Both the position numbers and the translations under genes were made by a program. A DNA stretch of 64,000 bases from Callorhinchus milii (taxonomy: Eukaryota): NCBI RefSeq assembly GCF_018977255.1, contig NW_024704743.1:109990001-110054000 (forward strand). The letters run 5' to 3'. The notes below the pieces were generated by a model that was not told where the DNA came from, did not search any database, and worked only from the letters and a program-made list of their open reading frames with translations. Shown here piece by piece: positions 48,896-62,494 of the stretch. Numbering within the stretch: the stretch's first letter is position 1; the number at the start of each line of letters is the position of its first letter.

Positions 48896-50369
48896 ATGGT
48901 AAACCGGGACGTGATAAAAGCAAGATAAAAAATTTCCTCTGTTTCTGTTCACATTAATTTTAGTGCCTTGGATGTATGAGCTGTTGAGTCGGATTCGTGA
49001 GAGGCAATGTGTCCTGTGCTCCCAATGCAGCAACTTTCAGTCATGCACTTAAAAGGGGATTTTCTCACAATAAACACATCCATTAAAGTTCCTTCATTCA
49101 GCCCAAGCAGAATAGCTCCTCAGAGATTTCTTCAGCAGCCATTAGGCTATGATAAAGCGATGCTCATCTCATGGTATCACTTGCTCAAGGGTTTTGAAGA
49201 AAAGATATTCAGTTCAATTGTTCTTCACCTTCATCAATAACCTGATGGATGTTATTAAAGTGATGGTCATCCCTTTGGTTCTATTTTACCTTCAATGCCG
49301 GACTAGCAAGTCAATAACTTTGCTTAGCTGTATTCTGTAGAGGTGTCAATGCCCTTGGGCTGAAAGCATTCAGCTCCTTGTCTTGACATCCAATCTATGA
49401 ACGACCTGACACAGATATCTGAATCTTCTGGCAGAAAAATGGAAATCTTTTAAAATGCATTGACCCTATTTATCACTATTACCTTGGGATTTCTAAAGAG
49501 CTTTAGCAGCTCAGAGATGGTATACTCCAGTCCTGCCTCCTCGTCTTAAACTCTGTGCAGAACCCAACCTTCCCTTCCTCTAACATGTCTCAGTCTTGGA
49601 TATGGATTTGAGGCCCCCAATTGGCCACAATATGCTAATAATCCAGGTTGAGACTATGCACCACCAGCTGCTTTATCCAGGTCCTCACATGTCCTCCACC
49701 TCCAGGGTGCTTGCAACTTGAATGACATACAGTCTTGACAATTAATTAATTTGCAAATACTCTATCCCCAAATTATTTCGTCGTCGTCCCCTCCGCTGTC
49801 AGAGATATTTGATATTTCTTATTGTGAAATTCTTACCAATTACAATTGAAAACACAAGATGCAGGTATCTTCCTTTGGTTAAGTATTATGTGGCAATTCA
49901 CTGGAAGGCTTGTCCCTGTTTGCATGCTATTCCCTTCATCATTCTTTCAGCACTCTCAGGGGGCTAACTCTAGCAAACATTTCACTGTGTAATATGTTGT
50001 GAGAAGTCTCTAGGTGATGGACCTTGTGATACACACAAAACTATTTTCAAATCAAGAAAACTGGAAAAAAATAACTGCACTAAATTTCCACTAAGAATAG
50101 GCCCTGGTGGTGAGGCTTCCCCTTCACATTGTATTCACAGAGACAAAAGTTTCATTTGGATGGGATTAGGGGATGGGAGAAAATGGGTCTGGGGGTGTTC
50201 AAAACATCAAAACACAGAAATCCACTGTGCAGAAGGAGGCCATTTGGCCCATGGAGTCTACACTGGCTTATAGAGTAAGGCAATCAATTCACTCGCACTG
50301 CCCAGCCTTATCCCCATACCCTTCAAGCCCTTCTTAGGTTGGAGGAGAGACAGGTTTACCAGCATATAT

Positions 50370-50482
50370 ATAATAATAATTATCTTTGCATTTGATATAG
50401 AGCTTTTCGTGTTTTCTAGACTTCTCAAAGTGCTTCACAGAATATATAGTAAAGTAAATTGACTGTATATTTGTGGGCAAAA
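50370..50482 (-). mobile_element. SINE 3' tail fragment
   Basis: ttgcatttgatatagagcttttc..gactgtatatttgtgggc. Confidence 0.82.
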
Positions 50483-51147
50483 CATATATATTTATGTATA
50501 TAGGAAAGAGCGCTCACTATGTGAAATAGACATGTGATCCAAATAGCAGTCACATTTGCTATAAAATCAGTCACTACACTTGACCTGTGAAGGCTTTGAG
50601 ATGTTTAACCACGTTGAGCCTGGTGAAGCGCTATACAAGTTATTTCTTTGTTTCAGTCCCACACAAAACAGTAGCCTGATTACCTCTTCCAGATCAGTTA
50701 GTCCCATCCTCCTTTCGAGTGCATGTTAGGAAGATAGAGTCCATATGGTCCATAGAGCCTGTTCTATTGCCTCTTTATTGGATCCTGGCAAGTTCCGTTC
50801 CTTTACCTTTCTCCATTCACCTTTGTCCAATCCCTCCACTATGCAGCACTGCCAACACATTATCCTACATGAAGGGTGCTATATAAATGCAAGTTTGTGG
50901 TTGTTGATATCCTTACTTCCCAAGTATTTTTTGGTAAGTCGGGTACATGAAATGCACGGAAATCCCATCACTATCACAAAAGAGACCCCAAACCAAAGTC
51001 CTAAGTGTTCCAAATATACTAAGAAATCTCCCTTTGTCTGGATTGGGGTGTGCCTGCCGTCCTGGAGAGATGCAAGAAGATTTTGTCTTGAAACTAGTAG
51101 TGCAGAACAAGGGAGAATTCTTAAATTTGGCCTTTACATTTGACAAA

Positions 51148-51345
51148 GTTACATTTATATAGTGCCTTTCACCTCAGGAGGATATCCCAAGGCGCTGAGT
51201 TCAGGGTTTGCACCTGGATTTGGGGACTGAGAGGTTTGGGCAGGGGAGAGAAAGCTGTCCAAAAGCATGGTCAGAGAGAAAGGTTGTGAAGGACCTTGAA
51301 AGAGGCAAGGGTGAGTCGAAGGGACTTCGGAATGGAGTTCTTCCT
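51148..51345 (-). mobile_element. L2 3' end
   Basis: ttacatttatatagtgcctttcacctcaggaggatatcccaaggcgct..aaaagcatggtc. Confidence 0.8.
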
Positions 51346-52817
51346 GAGAGAGGCGGCTTTGTTTAGAAGATGCGTTTTGCCCCAATTCTTCAAAACTAAC
51401 TTCCCAAATAATACTAAATTTAATGATTTCCCATGACTCTGAACTGTCTTAAATTTTAAGGCTAGGTTGAATTTCGTGCCTCTGGTCTTAGCTGCAAGAT
51501 TTTTTTTCTTAAAATTTTAGATGGTATGGAGTTGTGGAAAATAGTTAAATCTGATCCCAATTTAGAAGGTTGATCAGATCCTGAAATCCAATTCCACTTT
51601 TTAAAATTCTGTAGGGAAACTGGCTTTCCCAGTTAACATGTTTCTTGAAGTTTGCGGTAGCTTGTGAAATTTGGCACTGTTAACTATATGCTAATTAGCA
51701 CATGCTTTCAGTTTAGCAACTTTGTGATAATTACGCATTGACTGGTCCCTGGGTATTCAGCAAGTGGAGCGGTCCCCTCCCCCCCCAAATTCTTTCTCCA
51801 ACACCTGAGGATCTGGTTATACTCCAGTTTCTGATTATTGGAATTTTAGTATGTGATCCAAGCATTGGAACGCTGTTTAGTGAGATACCACTTTACCTTG
51901 CTTTTTTTCTCAGTTAAGCCTGCTAACTTAGCCTGTCCAAAGCTACGGTCTGAAAGCTGAAAACTTCAGTGTACAGTTGAGTCTCAGAAAGTGTTGGGGA
52001 CAGAAGGGTAAAGGGTCCACCTGAAGTCAATGTGTTGACAATCAGAAGTGGCTAATTTATGCTGTGTGTATTAATCAGCACATAGGTGCTCATTATCCCA
52101 CCGCAACGTTTATCTCATTGTTTTGATTCCACAATTCTGTTCCTTGTGCAGCAAATAATGGCTGATTGGCAGCAACTGAGATTAATCTGAAATCAAAACT
52201 CAAGCCTCATTTCCTCCCCCCCCCAGTCATTTCCAGCCTTTGTTAGGTTGTCTTAATTTCCCCTCTCAATGTTTACCCCTCCCCTAATCATAGAAATACC
52301 AACCCACAGGAGGTAATTCAGCGAATTTAGTTTGTGCTGATATTAGCTGCTCCTCTGGAACTATCTGTGCTTTGTGACGTCCTCCCAACGTGAAAGGCGC
52401 TATACAAATGTAACCTTGTTGTTGTTGTATCTACTCCAATCTTAATTTCTTCTCCAACAGCTCAAAATTCCACTTGTTCCTTGCTCAAGGCCATTGTTTA
52501 AACATTTAAAAGTGAGTGGAAGTATGTCTTAAGTATACTCTTTATTTGGAAATTGATTTTCTGCAATACTGTGAGAAACATTAACTTCCAAAATACAAGA
52601 CCTGAATTTTAATACTTGAGCTTAAAAGCATAAGGAAATTCCAGCCTTGATGAATATCTGTTTCCCATTACATCATTTTTCAGCTCAGCCTCAATAGTCA
52701 CTTGTAGCAAAGCATTCTGTATTCCAATAATCCTCTGTGTGAAATGTTTCGTGTAACCTCCCACTTAACTCCCTTTCTTAACAATTCATTACCTAGCAAC
52801 AATAACCTTTCTCTGTT

Positions 52818-53180
52818 AGAAACATAGGAAACAGAAACAGGTGGATGTCATTCAGGCCATCAAGCCTGTTCCAGGAATTTAATAGATCTTGGTAGATCTT
52901 TTACTCGCAATGCCCTACCTATTCCCCAATCCCCTTAAGACTCGAGTGATTCCATTACTACATCTTTCCTGGAGCAGAACTTTCCACACCGTCACTGCCC
53001 CATGTGGAGGAATGCTTCCTAACCTTAGTTCTAACTGTCTTTGTCTGAATTGAAAGCTATCCCTCTATTCTAATGGATCCAAAGGAAGTGTGGTCATTTA
53101 TCTAATTTGTCAAGCCTTTTTATTATTTTAAACACCTCAAACAAATCAATGTATAACCTCCTCCATTCTGAGGAATATAA
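52818..53180 (-). mobile_element. CR1 3' fragment
   Basis: SSEWRRLYIDLFEVFKIIKRLDKLD; tail gaaacataggaaacag. Confidence 0.82.
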
Positions 53181-54694
53181 GCACTTTGAGATGTCCTCCC
53201 AATGTAAAAGGCACTGTATGAATGTAAATTGTATTGTGTTATATAACCTCAGTCTCTCATCATTGGAAATTGATTTGCTGCAATACCCAAACAACTGTGA
53301 GTCCCTTCAACCCAAGCACTAAACTAGTGAAATGTCACGGGACGCCCTCCAAGGCTAGTATGTCCTGTGTTTACCACTAAAATAAACTGAAACTGATCCC
53401 CTAAAATATCAGATGCATTGATTTTTGAGCATGGGTGGTTGGGGGTAAGGGGAAAGGATGATAGCTTCGAAATGATTGTGGGTGTGAAAGAAGAAAAAGA
53501 AATACTGTGGTTTTTGCTGGTAAGAAAGTTGCCTTAAAGTGTCTTTTTTCGTTAAATGAAATGCTTTGTGAAACTGTGCTCCTTCGTATACGTAAGACAT
53601 AAGTCAAGGTTTATTTACACCAGCCATTGCCTTGCCATAGCAAATGGACGCTATAATTCCAGAAGCCAGTCACTGAGGTCAATAGACAACAGAAAGTGGC
53701 AAGACATTGACGGGTATCAACGCTACGGATATTCCCTTTCTCAGACAGGTAAGCGGTGAAATGTATGGCGACCTTTGCCCCTGCTTCCCTCCCCCATTCC
53801 TGAAGCCATCATGCGTGTGTCTTCCAGAGCTCTTACTGTTGCAGTATGTGCACATATATTTCATGCCGTTGTCTCTCTGTCTCACTCCCAAACTCGTATG
53901 ACAGTGTTTCTGCCCTGCAGTCTGTTCCGGGAAGCTCTACTATGTACCTTTTGTGAGGCTGATGGATGATAAAATATTTTCTTAACTTGAGCTTTGTGGG
54001 ATCATATACAGAGGGGACCCTTCATCAGGTGAGAAACAGGGTGAGAAGTGGCAAAATAGGACACTAATAATCATCTTAATTTCTTTCCTCTTGCCCAATA
54101 ACCCCACTCCCCGTTTTCCCATGTATATAAAGTCAGGTGATTCACGAAGAAATGAGCAGATTTAAACTGTGAAACGTATTAGAAATGAGTGTAAGGTGGG
54201 ACTCTGTAATGTTCAAACTGTGGAGTCAAAACCCAACTTAATAAATGACAAGTTGTTATACTCAAGTCAACATCACATTTCAGAATCCATTTCGACCAGA
54301 TCTTGACCTGTCTCCCGCAAAACCTGTATTTTTTACTTTTATCACCCCGGACTACAAATTCCCATTGACGGGTGCCTCCTAAGTGGGCAGAACAACCCTC
54401 TCTGGACCGCTGGTAACCTCCAAGAGCTCTACTCAACAAAAACTGGACATGACCTGATGAACTGAGACTCCTATTTCTTGCAAGAGTTTTGCCTCCCCCT
54501 TTTGCAGGTATCACATGGTCGTGCACCTTCACCTAAGCTGCATCTTTCCTCCAAAGTGTTCCCTTGGTTGGTCTCAATGAGGCCTTGTTGTAACTTGGCT
54601 GAGTTGCATACTTTCAGCAGATCTTAGACCTCATTGTATGGCATGGATTCAGCTACATATTCTTTCTCCTTTAGAATATTGAAGGTGAAGGACC

Positions 54695-54870
54695 TTAGAG
54701 AGGTTATTTTAAAAAGGATGAAAATGTAAAACTAGAAAGTAGAACAAGGGGACACATGTTTAGAATAGCCAAGAGCAATTTCAGGACAGATGCGAGGAAG
54801 CTTTTCCTTACCCAGAGAATATTTAATGACTAGAACAGGTTGCCAAGAATGCTGCAAGAGGCTGAGGGTG
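54695..54870 (+). mobile_element. CR1 ORF2 3' fragment
   Basis: RTRGHMFRIAKSNFRTDARKLFLTQRIFND*NRLP. Confidence 0.85.
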
Positions 54871-55807
54871 CATTAAATGCCACGTTTGATATGAGAGTGA
54901 GTACTGGTGATTTTCAGAGTCAGTTCCCAAAATAGTCTTAACTCAATTTTAAAGGTCGCACTTTGTGCCTTACTACATAAAGTATACTATACCAAGCTAT
55001 GTTGGCAAGTATTATGAGCAGTGTTCAACAAGGTCTGGACCAAAGTGTGACAGATGAATATGAATGTAGATATACCTTGTGCAGTCCACACTGATGCCGA
55101 CTAGAGACTGTGAACATGCACAAAGATTGAAGGGAGATCTGCTAGTGGAGATGGAGAAGGGATTGAGCTGTGATTATTGGTCATGCACGGAAGTGGGGAT
55201 CGTCACACAGGGTGACTTAGGGCTGGTTTGTTTATCACCTATTCAGGCTATCCTTGACTGGGGAGGATGGTGGGGGCATGGGTGTAGACGGTGATATGTG
55301 TAGATTTACCTGAGTGATTCAGAACTTCTCATAAACATTAATCACCTCAGTAACATATTGTGCTAAAAACATCTTATTGGTCCCAGTCATGGGGTTGCTG
55401 TTGATGGTGCTCGTAGCTGATGTCAGTGGATGGTGTTACATACTGGTGAAAGCCCCTATTGACAATTGCTGCACTTAGCTGTGTAAGATGTTGAAATGCA
55501 TTTACTAAACGCAGCTGCACCATGAACAGTGGTTTGGATCGGAACCCACTGAATTGGGTCTGCAGTTCTGCAGATCATCTTGATATGCATCATTGTGTTG
55601 GGTGTATATCTGATTTCTCTCAGATTATTTCAGACTAAACCCTGAGAGGAGACTTTATAATGTGGAGTGAGTGAAACAACAAGACAAACCCATCAGAAGC
55701 AGGTAAAGATAGGATGGTTAGTATTATTTGCAACTTGGAGTCACAATTTATCTTGAAGCAGCTTTTTGACCCATCTCAATGAAAAGGGAGGGGTTGGTTT
55801 GTAATTA

Positions 55808-55975
55808 TAAAATTGGTCATTCACTTCATGGCTGTTTGTGGGACATTGTTGTGCGCAAATTGAATGCATCATTCGCCCGCAAAATACACAGATACTGCAT
55901 TTAGAAGGAAAATTCTGTGAAACCCTCTGAGGTATTTTGACGTCATAGATACTATATCAAAACCAGGTATTATGA
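55808..55975 (+). mobile_element. Deu-type SINE 3' half
   Basis: taaaattggtcattcacttcatggctgtttgtgggacattgttgtgcgcaaattg. Confidence 0.75.
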
Positions 55976-56902
55976 TATCTGAGAATACTATACCACAGTT
56001 TAGAAACTCCATGCAGCAATAATTTTTTTTGGGGGGTGGGAGGGGGAGATGAGGTGAGGATGTTGCGTGATGGAGGAGTTGTGCGTAGAGGACATTCAGT
56101 GTCGGACACCCTTGTGTTTAGACTGTCTGCACAGCCGGAAAGTTGTGTCTCCCTTTGGGACCTCCGCCAAGTGCTTGGTGACCCGGATACCTGGCGGTAG
56201 CGGCTTCTCGCTTCATTCCCGCTGGTGAACGCTTGCTAACTGCAACCTTGTCAGACACATGCTGCGAGATCCCTTCCTTCAAGGAGGTGCCATCTGTTCT
56301 TCTGATTCTGTCCGCTTCAGTAATTTGAAGAGATTGGGCTATTGTAATTTGACTTGACAAGACATTTGTGTTCATTGCTTTCCCCTGTTAAATGTCATCA
56401 ATTTAACCCAGGCATGTGATATATTCCATTCGTTTTTCCTACCAGGCCCCTATGGAGTAGGTTAAAACATTTTCAACAGCGTGTACTAAGTGTTCTCAAG
56501 GAGTCAACATCGTGGCTTCTTAAACATAGCCCATGTTTCCTCTGTGGAGCATGCAAGACTTCGGTTCTGATGAGAAGTTGGATCCAAACCAAAGCGATGT
56601 GATGCTGTTTGTGCCACAGGCATTTTGCCTTTGTTCTGACACCACTAGAGCTTTTTTTTCTGCCAATTTTTCCCCTCACCCCCACCAAACTTCTTTCTCT
56701 CCCTTCACAGCTCTATTCCAGATATAGCTGGCTCAGGCTGAGATACAGTTCACAAGGGAGGTTTGCCCAGAGGCCCATTTAATTTCATCTATCAACCTCC
56801 CCAGTTACCTGCTCCCTTTGCTCTGTAAAATCCAATGGAGCTGCTGCACATTCTGAACCCCCTCTGAACCAGCATTGGTGGCTCAGCTTTAACTATTAGT
56901 CT

Positions 56903-57254
56903 TGGAATCCTGTGATCAGTGGTTAGAGCAATCACCTTGCAAGTGAGAGACCTGGGTTTGATTCCCGGCAGGGCAAAATGTTGGGCAAGTTTCCTCTGTT
57001 TACCTAACAATAAGTAGAAACCCGGTTGTCAGTTGATTGGGGGTAATAATTCCTTCAAAAAAATTAAAAATAATGATAAATTGGTCAGTCAAACCACGAT
57101 TGTTTGTTGGACACTGCTGTGTGCAATTGGCTGCTGCATTTCTCCCACAAAATATACAGTCAGTTCACGTTACAGTATATTCTATGAAGCGCTTGGAGAC
57201 ATCTCAAACACATGATAAGGGCTATATCAAATGCAAGGATTATTATTATTATTA
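56903..57254 (+). mobile_element. tRNA-Ala SINE long variant
   Basis: ggaatcctgtgatcagtggttagagc..ctgtttacctaacaataagtag..tail (ATT)n. Confidence 0.9.
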
Positions 57255-57489
57255 CGCAAACTTCTTTCTCGTTCTGTGGAGCTCTCCCTCAAAAATTTTT
57301 TATAATTACCATTAGCTTCCAGTATTCTGGATCTTTACCTTGCACCTTCTCCCCTCGCCTCCTGAAATCATATCTCTTTGATCGTAACATCCTCAGCTCC
57401 CCCCTCCGATACTCTCTGTGAAACTCGTTATCCTCTGCAGAATTGACTATTAGTGCAAGTTGTTGTTACTTTAATTGAAAAGATTTGGT

Positions 57490-57700
57490 GATGTTAGGCT
57501 TAATTCAGGTCTTTGAGTTATTGAGAGAAATAGATGATGAAGGTATGAGCATATTATTTGACTCACCATGGATGTCAAAACAGGTTGGCTTAGGTTTGAA
57601 ATGGACAGGTCTGAAGTGCAGTTGGAGATGATAGAAGCAGTATTATTTCCTGTAGAGCAATGGCTATATGTGGAACAGACTCCCAGCATATGCAGTTCCT
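57490..57700 (+). mobile_element. Degenerate CR1 ORF2 3' fragment
   Basis: ttaattcaggtcttt (LIQVF)..tggaacagactccca (WNRLP). Confidence 0.6.
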
Positions 57701-58299
57701 GTTCCATCAATAAAATCCTTGGTGACTGAGCCTTCAGCAGCTAACACTCTCCATTTAGTTCTCCGTCTCAGCCCCCTCTCTGTCGGAGTAGGTTTAGAGT
57801 GAGGAGTCTATGATAGAGTAGGTTATAAATGGTTTGGAGAAAGAGTGAGTTTGATGGACCAAATGGCCAGTGCCCATTCTACATTTTCTTATGTTCTTAA
57901 ATCTTCAACAAGACAGAAACACAATTGGCTTTAAAACGGTACTTTAGGGCCTGAAAACTTCTGGCTGTTATGTGACTTGTGTATTTTGTTTTGCAATAAG
58001 CAGAAATGCTTTATGTTTGAAACATCAGATGATTTACAGCAATCTGAAGCTCGGACACTGATACAGGGCTCCGAGATCTAGGCATTGCTTGTAAGTCAGT
58101 GAACGTTTTGGGGTTTTCCCCAATGAGGCACTAGGTTAATTCACGTGTCATGTTCTAGTTGGCTATATGTTTATGAGCTGAGACGAGATATACAGGATAA
58201 CAACTCCTTGTGAAACGTAATAATCTTGATTCTGTCTTTTCTCTCATATGGGCTTGCATACAATTCTGATCATCAAGAATTAAGAGAGCTACCTTAAGT

Positions 58300-58750
58300 T
58301 GTATAACTACCTGGAGGCAGTTCAGAGCAGAGTACAAGCTGATCTTTAGTTTTAGAGAAATGAGCTATGAGCAACGATTAGAAAAGCTAGCAAAAAAATA
58401 ACTTGGGGTTTGTGAGTTTTGAAAGGAACTTTTCTCAGAGGAGATCTTATACAGGTATAAAGGTGGAAGGATTTTAGGATTGAGAAAGTAAACCCAGAAC
58501 AATTATTTTACATAAATTAATCCAGCAGAACAAGATGGCACAGGGTCAGGATTACAAAGGGCAATTTTTTTTTAAACTAGAGGGTAGTTACCAATTGGAA
58601 TGAGTCACCAGGAAAGTTGGTTGAGGCCAGGGCACTGGAACTCAATGATGAAGCAGCCTGATGCTGTAACAACAGGAGGTATTCTGGAAGGATGAGATCA
58701 AACAAGCTGAAGTGCTTTCTTTGTCTGAACTTCTCTTGTCATCTTGTGAG
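58300..58750 (+). mobile_element. CR1 3' fragment
   Basis: LEAVQSR..EMSYEQRLEKL..RGDLIQVYK..RTR..WNESP; tail tcttgtcatcttgtga; sister copy at 59390-59600. Confidence 0.88.
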
Positions 58751-59389
58751 GTATGTCAAGGCAACAGGGCAAGCGGGCATAAGTTGAGTGTTTTTGAAGA
58801 GCAATTTCAGAAGAGCACTGGGATGGATATTTTGTAAGGATGAAATCAGATGGGCCTGTGAATGTGTTATTCAATAGATGGGATGCAGAAATACAAAGTA
58901 ATGGCAGTACTTCAATCGGAATACTAGACCAATGCAGAGAGTAACTTTGGGTTGGTGTTATGGTCAATATTGGTAGATCTGGTGATTGCAAATCTACTCT
59001 TGTGGTTTTGTGATGGCATCTGAATTAACCTCCCTCTACTCTCAACTTCCTACCTCCCCACCCCAGCACAGGACTGTGCATTTGTTTTTATTCAGAAACC
59101 TGGGTGAGGGACCAATGCTCACAGGGAAGGCACTGCCAAGATTGATAAGACCAAGAGAAAAGATGAGATTAATTCAACAAGCTGTGCTCAACGTTAGGTT
59201 TTAACAGCCTGTAGATTCCAGGAGGAAGGTGGGGGGCTTTACAGTGTTGAAATCCTGGGGAAGAATGAGCTAAAGGGGCAGCAATACAATCAATTTGGAT
59301 TTTGATACAGAGTGACTGGGACATGGGGAAATGTGTGTAGAATCATGTAATTGGAGCTTGAATGAAATAAGAGAGGAATAAAACTGGGT

Positions 59390-59600
59390 TGTGCATTTCT
59401 TTATCTAGAGGTAATTTACAACTGGAATGGGATTACCAGTAAGGATGACTGAGGCCAAGATGTTCTGATTCAATTAATGAAACACTTCATTTGATGCTAT
59501 GATTGGAGGAGGAGGATGGTTAGGTTGGTATCTTGGAAGGATGAGATCAAATAGGCTGAAATGCCTTCTTCATCCAAAATTTCTCTTGTGATCTTGTGAA
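59390..59600 (+). mobile_element. CR1 3' end (same subfamily as 58300-58750)
   Basis: tggaaggatgagatcaaa..tctcttgtgatcttgtga. Confidence 0.78.
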
Positions 59601-60104
59601 TGGGAGGGGGTGGGAATGAGGAGGTGGGAGGTAAAGAAAAGAAGGAGTGGGAAGTAAAGAGAGAGGAATGGTTGAAAGCTGGAAGTAAAGGATGGGCTCA
59701 TTGTTTCAGATGATAAATCCCTTCCTTATTTCACAGGCATGATTTAGCACATTAGATGGTAGAGTACTGCTGAAGGTAGCTGCAAGAAGGACAAATGCCA
59801 CATAAGGTTGACCTGGATTATTGCTAGGAGCGTAGTAAGACACTGCACTAGAGAATGAATGGAGAACAGGTTTCTTGCAGCTCAGTGCATGCTCTATCAA
59901 TGCTGCCCAGCACGGAAAACTCTGTGTATTCAAGAGAGTATCATTTGAGAGTCGGCAGTACCTGTGAGTGAGAGCTTCACATTTGGTGAATGCTTTGCTT
60001 CTCATGTTTCATGTGGAATTCCTTAGATTTATATAATATGCTGAGGGGCTGTGTGGAATTCTCACACCAATGTTTAGGGCAGAGTCCATGAAGAGGCGCC
60101 AAAC

Positions 60105-60520
60105 TCAGATGGTAGTACACTTGTCTCACAGTCGGAAAGTTTTGGGTTCAAGCCCCAAATTGAGGCTTTGAGGACACTCCAGTGAAATGCTTGGGGAATA
60201 CTGCATTGCTGGAGGTGCTATTCTTTGGATGAGATGTTAAATCGCGGTAAGGTTTGTCTGTTCAGGTGTACCTTATAGATGCCCTGGCACTATTTGAAAA
60301 GAAAAGGGAATTTCTCTTGGCATTCTGGCCAATAATTTCCCAGATAAAATTGGTAAATATCAAATGCAAGGATTATTATTATTATTCACTTCATGGCTGT
60401 TTGTGGGACATTGCTATGTGCAAATTAGTTACCCCATAAATCTACAAAATACAGAATCACTGCACTTTACAATAAATCCTATGAAGTGCTTTGAGACGTT
60501 TTGATGACATGAAATGCTAT
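60105..60520 (+). mobile_element. Deu-type SINE, near full length
   Basis: gggttcaagcccc..gctggaggtgctattctttggatgagatgttaaatcg..ctgttcaggtg..ggcactatttg. Confidence 0.85.
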
Positions 60521-62494
60521 TAATTACTATAATAATTTTAAAGGGGATTTAGATTTAGATAATGCTGGAAGCAGAATATCGAAAGTGAGCAGGAGAGTGG
60601 GATTATACCAAGTGTTTCAAAAGGATAAAAAAAAATTAGCACAGAATGAATGGACCAAATGACCTGTATCTGTGCTGTGACATTTTAATTCTGTATTTCT
60701 TACTTTCGTGTCTTGGCTGTATCAAAACTCTTGTGCCTGTTCATTCATAGACTTACAGATGACTGTCAGCCTGTCTAATGATATGTTAAACCTTGTTAAT
60801 GGGAATTGAGCATAAACAGTAGGGATCATGTTGATAGCACGCAGGATGGAGATGTCTGTGAGCATAAGGAAGGTGATTTTGGATTGCAACCAGTGCTTCT
60901 TGAAACCCAATGACTGTGGAGTGGAACATATACCATTGATCCTTCAAGAAAATAATAGTGTCTTAATACATCTCCAAAGCTATTTTGAGCCAGCATGGTC
61001 CCTCAAACAGAGGTGAATGTCCAATTGATCTCTAGGACTCTTGCCCAGGACACTGGGAAAAGCCTCTTCTTTTTCAACAGCATTACGGCATCTTTCATGT
61101 CCACTTGAAGAACAGGCAGAAGGGACATCTCATTTAGAAGACCATCAACGAAAAGAGCAGCCACTTCATTTGTGGGGCTGGATCTTGAAGGAACTTTGAG
61201 ACAATGGAAATCCTGAACCATTGCACAAAACTAGGCTCAGCATCATAGATCCTTCTTCTCAAAAGCCATCAAGTTGCAAGGATTATGAAGCTCTGGGATG
61301 TACCTGGTTCCTTATTTTGCTCCAATAATTATTGGTAATTTTCATATCTGACAAAGAAAATGACCTAATTTCTTTTAGTGCTCTTAGCTATCCTCTGGTT
61401 TAAGAGTCTTCATTTCAAGTGGAGATTTTTTTTGCGATTGTGTTTCTTCAAATGGAGAACTTAAAACGAGGTTTCGCCCGAGGCAGCATGATTTTACACT
61501 TTTCTTTGCAATCACTGGGTGAAAGCATTCAGCATTGGAGGTTAAGGAAAATGCCAAGGCTCAAGCTATGAACAGTTTGTACGTCCTTTATCCAGAAGGT
61601 GGAGATGGAGCTTTGGAGACTGTGAATTTGCTAACAGTCTGGTGTAGGCATGACTTGCCCTGAAAGTCGAGATGGTGGAAGAGAAGAAAGAAATGAAAGA
61701 AATAATCCAGCACACTAGCTGCCACTTGTTATCATACTGTTCTATATCATGATCCATTATTATCATAGAATCCCTTGAACCTCAGCAAGTGGAGCCATTC
61801 CCCTATCATCTCTGTTCAATTTGTCACACCTAATGATAAAAGTCCCCTTCAACGTTATCATGGGGGGGGGGGGGGTCTAATGTGCAATGATCACTAATGG
61901 AATTTGTTATCAAGGAGAGGAAAGTGGAAGTCTGTGACACCAACTCACGGGCCCTCGGCTCCGGCGTGATCTACTTTTGGGGCAGTGTTCCTGGGAGGGG
62001 CCGGCATGGCATATGGTTACCGGCAGGTGTTCCTTTCCCTACATTCAGTCAGATTCCTTACTAAAGAAACCCGTTGGAACTTGCTGCCTATTCCCCTGTT
62101 GTCTATACTGAGAATCGCGGATAGGCATATGCCTTCAACGTAGTGGAGATTCTCCTTTCCAGCGGGTTTAGGTGATAAATGGGACCAGCAGCATGTAGTT
62201 TAACCTACTGCTATTGTCTTGACAAATCTGGCTCCATCACTTGCCTCCTTTCTCCCCTTTTACCACCTTGTATTGTAGCTGGGCTACCCAGTGCAATTGC
62301 CCAAGTGAGATTCCTTACCCAGACTCATAGTTCTACCAAACCCAGTCCAGCCCTCCACTCTCCATGTCGCTCATTAGACTATATTTTACCATTATATCTA
62401 GCCACATCTCCACATGCCCAGTTGATATTGCAATTGGACTCTGATGAATGGCCCAAAAGTTATGCAATTCTATATTAAGACAATTCCAACAAGA

